DNA from: a virus
Lineage: Duplodnaviria > Heunggongvirae > Uroviricota > Caudoviricetes
Virus record (IMG/VR): IMGVR_UViG_2654587711_000004
Reading direction: 5' to 3' (one strand)
Length of the DNA: 4,953 nt
Translations under genes and position numbers: made by a program
Notes under the pieces: model-generated
What the model saw: the letters and a program-made list of their open reading frames with translations, nothing else
What the model was told of the DNA's origin: nothing
The model's database searches: none
In this document: one piece after another, positions 1-4,953 of the stretch
Position numbering within the stretch: the first letter of the stretch is position 1
How the letters are laid out: each line of letters opens with the position of its first letter

Positions 1-131
1 CCAGCCAGGGCGATATCAAAGGCGCATGTGACCAGCTACGTCGCTGGACATATGCTGGCGGTAAGCAATGGAAAGGGCTGATGACCCGTCGTGAGATTGA
101 GCGTGAAGTCTGTTTGTGGGGGCAGCAATGA
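1..131 (+). CDS. R: Phage endolysin, lambda R-type lytic transglycosylase; C-terminal fragment only (gene starts upstream of the window)
   Basis: Open frame from position 3 to TGA at 129-131 translates ...[42 protein letters not shown], which I recognise as the C-terminus of lambda R. Its stop overlaps the Rz start (ATGA at 128-131), the lambda R/Rz arrangement. Confidence 0.8.
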   Translation, partial: SQGDIKGACDQLRRWTYAGGKQWKGLMTRREIEREVCLWGQQ

Positions 132-592
132 GCAGAGTCACCGCGATTATCTCCGCTCTGGTTATCTGCATCATCGTCTGCCTGTCATGGGCTGTTAATC
201 ATTACCGTGATAACGCCATTACCTACAAAGAGCAGCGCGACAAAAACGCAAGAGAACTGAAGCTGGCGAACGCAACCATTACTGACATGCAGCAGAGACA
301 GCGTGATGTTAATGCACTCGATGCTAAATACACGAAGGAGTTAGCTGATGCGAAAGCTGAAAATGAAACTCTGCGCGCTGATGTTGCCGCTGGTCGTCGT
401 CGGTTGCACATCAAAGCAGTCTGTCAGTCAGTGCGTGAAGCCACCACCGCCTCCGGCGTGGATAATGCAACCAGCCCCCGACTGGCAGACACCGCTGAAC
501 GGGATTATTTCACCCTCAGAGAGCGGCTGATGACGATGCAGATGCAACTGGAAGGGGCACAGGAGTATATCCGCACTCAGTGCATTAAGTAG
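128..592 (+). CDS. Rz: Rz i-spanin (inner-membrane spanin subunit, lambda Rz-like)
   Basis: ATG at 128; translation [34 protein letters not shown]... has an N-terminal TM helix followed by a charged coiled-coil-like periplasmic domain, and is near-identical from memory to lambda Rz over about 153 aa. The ORF track starts at GTG 116, but ATG 128 matches the lambda N-terminus. Confidence 0.9.
   Translation: MSRVTAIISALVICIIVCLSWAVNHYRDNAITYKEQRDKNARELKLANATITDMQQRQRDVNALDAKYTKELADAKAENETLRADVAAGRRRLHIKAVCQSVREATTASGVDNATSPRLADTAERDYFTLRERLMTMQMQLEGAQEYIRTQCIK
348..530 (+). CDS. Rz1: Rz1 o-spanin (outer-membrane lipoprotein spanin subunit), wholly embedded in the +1 frame of Rz
   Basis: 60-aa [63 protein letters not shown] with a signal peptide, lipobox (VVVGC, Cys20) and proline-rich mature part; AGGAG at 336-340 lies 7 nt upstream of ATG 348. 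Matches lambda Rz1 in length and sequence from memory. Confidence 0.85.
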   Translation: MRKLKMKLCALMLPLVVVGCTSKQSVSQCVKPPPPPAWIMQPAPDWQTPLNGIISPSESG

Positions 593-634
593 CCTTTTTA
601 TCGTGGTAAACATTTCGCAGGGTATGAGGTATTT

Positions 635-985
635 ATGCCATCACTAATCCCACGTGCCTGCCGTAAGCGTGGATGTGCAGGTACAACCACAGACAGTTCG
701 GGTTACTGCGATAAACATCGCGGTGAAGGCTGGGTGCAGCACCAGCGCGGACTGAGCCGCCACCAGCGTGGCTATGGCTCAAAATGGACGGTGATTCGTG
801 CCCGTATTCTGAAGCGCGATAAAGGTCTGTGTCAGTTGTGTCTGCGTGTCGGTGTGGTGAGCGAGGCGAAAACCGTCGACCACATCATCCCGAAAGCGCA
901 TGGCGGAACAGACGCAGACAGCAACCTGCAGAGTCTGTGCTGGCCCTGCCATAAAGCGAAAACAGCGCGCGAACGAATCCGGTGA
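635..985 (+). CDS. HNH homing-type endonuclease, packaging-associated (HK97 gp74-like)
   Basis: 116-aa ORF with paired-cysteine zinc-finger motifs (C..C near the N-terminus, CQLC, CWPCH) and an HNH core (DHIIPKAHGG ... N ... CWPCH); GAGGT 4 nt upstream of ATG 635. Sits immediately upstream of terS/terL, the usual position for packaging HNH proteins. Confidence 0.88.
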   Translation: MPSLIPRACRKRGCAGTTTDSSGYCDKHRGEGWVQHQRGLSRHQRGYGSKWTVIRARILKRDKGLCQLCLRVGVVSEAKTVDHIIPKAHGGTDADSNLQSLCWPCHKAKTARERIR

Positions 986-1003
986 TAATTATTCTCACTT
1001 GTA

Positions 1004-1067
1004 GGGAGGGGCGGGGCAAATCCCTGTGACCTGACGTCTTCCGGACTGCCCGCCCCATCGTTTTTTT
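1004..1067. promoter_or_regulatory. GC-rich inverted repeat followed by a T7 run in the HNH-terS intergenic gap; candidate terminator and/or cos-region element
   Basis: Arms GGGGCGGGGCA (1008-1018) and TGCCCGCCCC (1047-1056) can pair (about 10 bp, one bulge) around a roughly 28-nt loop containing the palindromes GACGTC and TCCGGA; ATCG then TTTTTTT (1061-1067) follows. In HK97-like phages the cos site lies between the HNH gene and terS. Confidence 0.4.
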
Positions 1068-1106
1068 ATACCCGCGAAAAATGAAATTTAACCAGGAGTG
1101 CCGCAT

Positions 1107-1601
1107 ATGGCTGGAACGGCGGGGCGTTCCGGGCGTCGCCCCAAGCCAACGGCGCGCAAGGCGCTGGCCGGAAACCCCGGCAAGCGAGCCCTGAACAAAG
1201 ATGAACCTGTTTTTACGCCCATCAAAGGTGTTGAGCCACCAGAGTGGTTCGCTGAAGAAGATCTCCCTCTCGCCACGATCATGTGGCAACTGACAACCAA
1301 AGAACTCTGCGGTCAGGGCCTGCTGTGCGTGACTGACCTGGCGGTACTTGAGCGGTGGTGCGTGGCCTATGAGTTCTGGCGACGTGCCGTGAAAAATATT
1401 GCCATACAGGGCAACACCATCACCGGTGCAATGGGCGGCAGGGTCAAAAATCCGGAGCTGACCGCCAAAAAAGAACAGGAGTCCGAGATGAGCAGCACGG
1501 GGGCAATGCTCGGACTCGACCCCAGCAGCCGCCAGCGTCTGATTGGCCTGGCGGGGCAGAAGAAAGCCACTAACCCGTTTCTGAAAATTATCGAATCATG
1601 A
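1107..1601 (+). CDS. terS: Terminase small subunit (P27/HK97-type TerS)
   Basis: ORF ending at TGA 1599-1601; the preferred start is ATG 1107, with AGGAG at 1094-1098 (8-nt spacer), rather than the GTG 1098 of the ORF track. Basic N-terminus ([13 protein letters not shown]) typical of DNA-binding TerS; stop overlaps the terL start (ATGA). Confidence 0.85.
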   Translation: MAGTAGRSGRRPKPTARKALAGNPGKRALNKDEPVFTPIKGVEPPEWFAEEDLPLATIMWQLTTKELCGQGLLCVTDLAVLERWCVAYEFWRRAVKNIAIQGNTITGAMGGRVKNPELTAKKEQESEMSSTGAMLGLDPSSRQRLIGLAGQKKATNPFLKIIES

Positions 1602-3331
1602 GCCGGAAATCTTACCCCAACGTAAATGCTGCAAATCAGTATGCCCGGGATGTCGTGCGCGGAAAGATTGTTGCCTGCCAGTTTGTGATTCAGGCCTGCC
1701 AGCGCCATCTTGATGACCTGATGGCGGAAAAAAGTAAGTCGTTTCGTTACCGCTTCGACAAGGACCTGGCTGAACGGGCCGCGAAATTTATTCAGCTGTT
1801 GCCGCACACCAAGGGGGAGTGGGCATTCAAACGGATGCCCATCACGCTGGAGCCGTGGCAGCTATTTGTGATCTGCTGTGCGTTTGGCTGGGTCAATAAA
1901 GGCACCCGGTTGCGCCGCTTCCGGGAGGTGTACACCGAAATCCCCCGTAAGAACGGCAAATCAGCAATCTCTGCCGGTGTTGCCCTGTATTGTTTTGCCT
2001 GTGATAACGAGTTTGGCGCGGAAGTGTATTCCGGTGCCACGACAGAGAAACAGGCGTGGGAAGTCTTTCGCCCGGCGCGACTGATGTGTAAACGCACACC
2101 CATGCTGACGGAAGCGTTCGGGATTGAGGTTAACGCCTCAAACATGAACCGTCCGGAGGATGGCGCGCGGTTTGAACCGCTGATCGGCAACCCAGGTGAT
2201 GGTTCATCACCCCACTGTGCCGTGGTTGATGAATATCACGAGCATGCCACCGATGCGCTTTATACCACAATGCTTACCGGGATGGGGGCGCGACGTCAGC
2301 CACTGATGTGGGCCATCACCACCGCCGGGTACAACATTGAGGGGCCGTGCTACGACAAGCGGCGGGAAGTCATCGAGATGCTCAACGGCTCGGTGCCTAA
2401 CGATGAACTGTTCGGGATCATCTATACCGTTGATGAAGGTGACGACTGGACCGGCCCGCAGGTGCTGGAAAAAGCCAATCCAAATATTGGCGTGTCGGTT
2501 TATCGCGAATTTTTGTTAAGTCAGCAGCAGCGTGCGAAAAATAACGCCCGTCTGGCAAACGTCTTTAAAACAAAACACCTCAATATCTGGGTGTCGGCGC
2601 GTTCGGCGTATTTCAACTTGGTGAGCTGGCAGAGCTGCGAGGATAAATCACTGACCCTTGAGCAGTTCGAGGGGCAGCCGTGCATTCTGGCCTTTGACCT
2701 GGCGCGTAAGCTGGATATGAACAGCATGGCGCGACTTTATACCCGCGAGATTGACGGTAAAACGCATTACTACAGTGTGGCCCCGCGTTTCTGGGTACCG
2801 TATGACACGGTGTACAGCGTCGAGAAAAATGAAGATCGACGGACAGCCGAACGCTTTCAGAAATGGGTGGAAATGGGCGTTCTGACCGTTACCGATGGTG
2901 CGGAGGTGGATTATCGCTACATCCTCGAGGAGGCCAAAGCGGCGAACAAAATCAGCCCGGTCAGTGAGTCACCCATCGACCCCTTCGGGGCGACCGGGTT
3001 GTCACATGACCTTGCTGATGAAGACCTGAATCCCGTCACTATCGTCCAGAACTTCACCAATATGTCCGATCCGATGAAAGAGCTGGAAGCAGCGATTGAA
3101 TCGGGACGTTTTCATCATGACGGCAATCCCATCATGACCTGGTGTATCGGCAACGTGGTCGGCAAAAACATGCCGGGTAACGATGATGTGGTGAAACCCG
3201 TCAAAGAGCAGGCGGAAAACAAAATCGATGGTGCAGTTGCGCTGATTATGGCGGTTGGCAGAGCCATGCTGTACGAGAAAGAAGACACGCTGTCTGACCA
3301 CATTGAGTCCTACGGGATCCGCTCGCTTTAA
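1598..3331 (+). CDS. terL: Terminase large subunit (ATPase + nuclease)
   Basis: 577-aa ORF. Walker A-like PRKNGKS and Walker B-like CAVVDEYHE lie in the N-terminal half, with acidic nuclease-type motifs (ILAFDLARK...) in the C-terminal half. Start ATG 1598 is coupled to the terS stop. Confidence 0.95.
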   Translation: MSRKSYPNVNAANQYARDVVRGKIVACQFVIQACQRHLDDLMAEKSKSFRYRFDKDLAERAAKFIQLLPHTKGEWAFKRMPITLEPWQLFVICCAFGWVNKGTRLRRFREVYTEIPRKNGKSAISAGVALYCFACDNEFGAEVYSGATTEKQAWEVFRPARLMCKRTPMLTEAFGIEVNASNMNRPEDGARFEPLIGNPGDGSSPHCAVVDEYHEHATDALYTTMLTGMGARRQPLMWAITTAGYNIEGPCYDKRREVIEMLNGSVPNDELFGIIYTVDEGDDWTGPQVLEKANPNIGVSVYREFLLSQQQRAKNNARLANVFKTKHLNIWVSARSAYFNLVSWQSCEDKSLTLEQFEGQPCILAFDLARKLDMNSMARLYTREIDGKTHYYSVAPRFWVPYDTVYSVEKNEDRRTAERFQKWVEMGVLTVTDGAEVDYRYILEEAKAANKISPVSESPIDPFGATGLSHDLADEDLNPVTIVQNFTNMSDPMKELEAAIESGRFHHDGNPIMTWCIGNVVGKNMPGNDDVVKPVKEQAENKIDGAVALIMAVGRAMLYEKEDTLSDHIESYGIRSL

Positions 3332-3342
3332 CTGAGGTAATT

Positions 3343-3525
3343 ATGATCATGCTGATTCTCGCGCCTCTGGTGGGCGTGCTGGGTGCGCTTTTGCTGGCGT
3401 ATGGTGCCTGGCTGATTTATCCCCCGGCGGGTTTTGTTGTTGCCGGGGCGCTGTGCCTGTTCTGGTCGTGGCTGGTGGCGCGATATCTCGACCGTACACG
3501 GCAGTCTGTCGGCGGAGGTAAATAG
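3343..3525 (+). CDS. Small hypothetical membrane protein (60 aa, two predicted TM helices)
   Basis: ATG 3343 with GAGGT 7 nt upstream. Translation [60 protein letters not shown] has two hydrophobic stretches and a basic tail, with E. coli-like codon usage (CTG/GCG/GTG rich). It fills the terL-portal gap; no family recognised. Confidence 0.5.
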   Translation: MIMLILAPLVGVLGALLLAYGAWLIYPPAGFVVAGALCLFWSWLVARYLDRTRQSVGGGK

Positions 3526-4681
3526 TGTTCTTTTCGGGATTATTTCAACGAAAAAGCGATGTGCCGGTGACCACGCCAGCAGAACTGCTGATGCTATCGG
3601 GCTGTCATACGACACCTATACCGGAAAGCGGATCAGTAGCCAGCGGGCCATGCGCCTGACGGCGGTCTATTCTTGCGTCAGGGTGCTGGCAGAGTCTGTT
3701 GGTATGCTGCCCTGCAGTCTCTACAAAATCAGCGGTACCCTGAAAACACGGGCGGTGGATGAACGACTGCATAAGTTGGTTTCGGCAAAACCTAATGGCT
3801 ACATGACACCGCAGGAATTCTGGGAGCTGGTTATTGTCTGCCTGTGTCTACGGGGGAATTTTTACGCCTACAAGGTAAAGGCACTGGGAGAAGTGGTGGA
3901 GCTTCTTCCGATAGATCCGGGCTGTGTGGAACCGAAGCTGAACAGCCAGTGGCAGCCGGTTTATCAGGTGACGTTTCCGGATGGTTCCGTGGATGTGTTG
4001 ACCCAGAATGAAATCTGGCATGTGCGCCCCCTGACGCTGGATGGACTTGTCGGGCTGAATCCCATTGCGTATGCGCGTGAGGCCATTTCACTGGCAGCGG
4101 CAACCGAGGAGCACGGTGCCAGGTTGTTTAGTAATGGTGCGGTGACATCCGGTGTGTTGCGTACGGAACAAAAGCTCACGCCGGATGCTTACGAGCGTCT
4201 GAAGAAAGATTTTGAGGAGTGTCACACGGGGCTTGGCAATGCTCACCGCCCGATGATTCTGGAAATGGGGCTGGACTGGAAGTCGATGGCGCTGAACGCC
4301 GAGGACAGTCAGTTCCTGGAAACCCGCAAGTTTCAGCTGGAAGAAATCTGTCGTCTGTTCCGGGTGCCGTTGCACATGGTGCAGAACACCGATCGCGCCA
4401 CCTTCAACAATATCGAAGAGCTGGGGCTGGGATTTATCAACTATTCACTGGTGCCGTATCTGACCCGCATCGAACAGCGGATCAACACCGGACTGGTACG
4501 AAAAAGTAAGCAGGGCGTTTATTACGCCAAATTTAACGCCGGGGCGTTACTGCGCGGGGATATGAAGTCCCGTTTTGAAGCCTACGCCACCGGGATCAAC
4601 TGGGGAATTTACTCTTCCAATGACTGCCGCGACCTGGAAGATATGAATCCGCGTCCCGGTGGTGTAATGCCGATCAGTTAA
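3525..4681 (+). CDS. Phage portal protein, HK97 family; apparently disrupted (N-terminal codons in a different frame from the body; 3' end abuts an IS4 end)
   Basis: Body frame (open 3434..4681) contains portal-like sequence (...AMRLTAVYSCVRVLAESVGMLPCSLYK...). It has no ATG/GTG start between the upstream gene and ATG 3650, and its only upstream starts (TTG 3434/3437/3440) lie inside the small ORF without an RBS. The other frame has GGAGG (3514-3518) then GTG 3525 encoding (M)FFSGLFQRKSDVPVTTPAEL..., a typical portal N-terminus, which hits TGA at 3657. The last codons (..GG VMPIS*) appear to be read from IS sequence. Confidence 0.7.
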
Positions 4682-4713
4682 GGATCAGTTGACCGATCCA
4701 GTGGCTGTGTAAG

Positions 4714-4748
4714 AATCCGGAAACGCTCACTTGTTTCCGGATTTTTTT
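4714..4748 (+). terminator. Hairpin plus T7 run immediately upstream of the transposase start codon (intrinsic-terminator-like; probably insulates the transposase from read-through)
   Basis: ATCCGGAAAC (4714-4723) and GTTTCCGGAT (4733-4742) form a perfect 10-bp stem with a 9-nt loop, followed by a 7-T run through 4748; the transposase ATG is at 4749 with no evident Shine-Dalgarno. Confidence 0.5.
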
Positions 4749-4953
4749 ATGCACATTGGACAGGCTCTTGATCTGGTATCCCGTTACGATTCTCTGCGTA
4801 ACCCACTGACTTCTCTGGGGGATTACCTCGACCCCGAACTCATCTCTCGTTGCCTTGCCGAATCAGGTACTGTAACGCTACGCAAGCGCCGTCTTCCCCT
4901 CGAAATGATGGTCTGGTGTATTGTTGGCATGGCGCTTGAGCGTAAAGAACCTC
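4749..4953 (+). CDS. insG: IS4 transposase, N-terminal fragment (ORF runs off the window end)
   Basis: ATG 4749; the 68 codons visible give MHIGQALDLVSRYDSLRNPLTSLGDYLDPELISRCLAESGTVTLRKRRLPLEMMVWCIVGMALERKEP with no stop, recognised from memory as IS4 transposase (InsG). Confidence 0.8.
   Translation, partial: MHIGQALDLVSRYDSLRNPLTSLGDYLDPELISRCLAESGTVTLRKRRLPLEMMVWCIVGMALERKEP

Larger units (their letters stand above)
4665..4953 (+). mobile_element. IS4 insertion sequence, left end and start of transposase (partial; continues beyond the window). Left boundary approximate (+/- 15 bp)
   Basis: From 4749 the ORF translates MHIGQALDLVSRYDSLRNPLTSLGDYLDPELISRCLAESGTVTLRKRRLPLEMMVWCIVGMALERKEP, which I recognise as the N-terminus of the IS4 transposase. 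The preceding ~85 bp (TAATGCCGATCAGTTAAGGATCAGTTGACC...) matches my recollection of the IS4 terminal repeat region; only one end is in the window, so the target-site duplication cannot be seen. Confidence 0.65.

Noticed and set aside
116-127. GTG 116 as the Rz start, and GTG 1098 as the terS start
   Set aside because: ATG 128 reproduces the lambda Rz N-terminus (MSRVTAI...) and overlaps the R stop in the canonical ATGA arrangement; ATG 1107 has a properly spaced AGGAG, whereas GTG 1098 overlaps it.
223-414. Reverse-strand ORFs (223..414, 428..613, 885..1289, 1088..1300, 1367..1807, 1792..2190, 1893..2099, 2521..2727, 3002..3301, 3115..3303, 3328..3615, 3831..4103, 3964..4179, 4088..4375)
   Set aside because: All lie antisense to strongly supported + strand genes, lack convincing RBS/start context, and their translations are Arg/Ser/Cys-rich low-complexity strings typical of antisense reading of GC-rich coding DNA.
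3434-3524. TTG start at 3434 (or 3437/3440) for the portal gene, as in the ORF track
   Set aside because: These TTG codons sit inside the well-supported small membrane ORF with no RBS, and the encoded stretch ([16 protein letters not shown]...) is not portal-like. The GGAGG/GTG 3525 start in the other frame is far more convincing, hence the frameshift interpretation.
3549-3557. Programmed -1 ribosomal frameshift at the A-run (CGA AAA AGC) as the explanation for the portal frame change
   Set aside because: Not a canonical X_XXY_YYZ slippery heptamer in the incoming frame, no obvious downstream stimulatory structure, and portal genes are not known to use recoding. A simple indel is the more economical explanation; kept only as a minor alternative.
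1878-4509. Internal out-of-frame + strand ORFs (1878..2084, 2337..2519, 4219..4509)
   Set aside because: Embedded in alternative frames of terL or portal, with no RBS and no protein-like composition. Unlike Rz1, they show no signal peptide or recognisable motif.
1-4953. CRISPR arrays, tRNA/rRNA genes, or a defence/anti-defence system
   Set aside because: No regularly spaced direct repeats, no tRNA-like cloverleaf candidates, and every sizeable ORF is accounted for by lysis, packaging or IS functions except the 60-aa membrane ORF, which alone is not evidence of a defence system.

Overview
This window reads as a conventional temperate-phage (prophage) late region on the + strand, not a novel system. 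It runs from the 3' end of a lambda-type endolysin gene (R), through the Rz i-spanin with the Rz1 o-spanin lipoprotein embedded in its +1 frame, an HNH endonuclease, and the small and large terminase subunits (HK97-like packaging module), to a small two-helix membrane ORF and an HK97-family portal gene. The portal gene looks damaged at both ends: its RBS-supported start and N-terminal codons sit in a different frame from the body, and its 3' end runs into what I recognise as the left end of IS4, whose transposase gene continues off the window. I therefore interpret the region as part of a decaying prophage with an IS insertion. The most interesting points are the portal frameshift, the IS4 junction, the unexplained small membrane ORF between terL and portal, and the GC-rich inverted repeat in the HNH-terS gap where the cos site is expected. 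All homology statements come from reading the translations and from memory, not from a database search. None of the reverse-strand ORFs look real.
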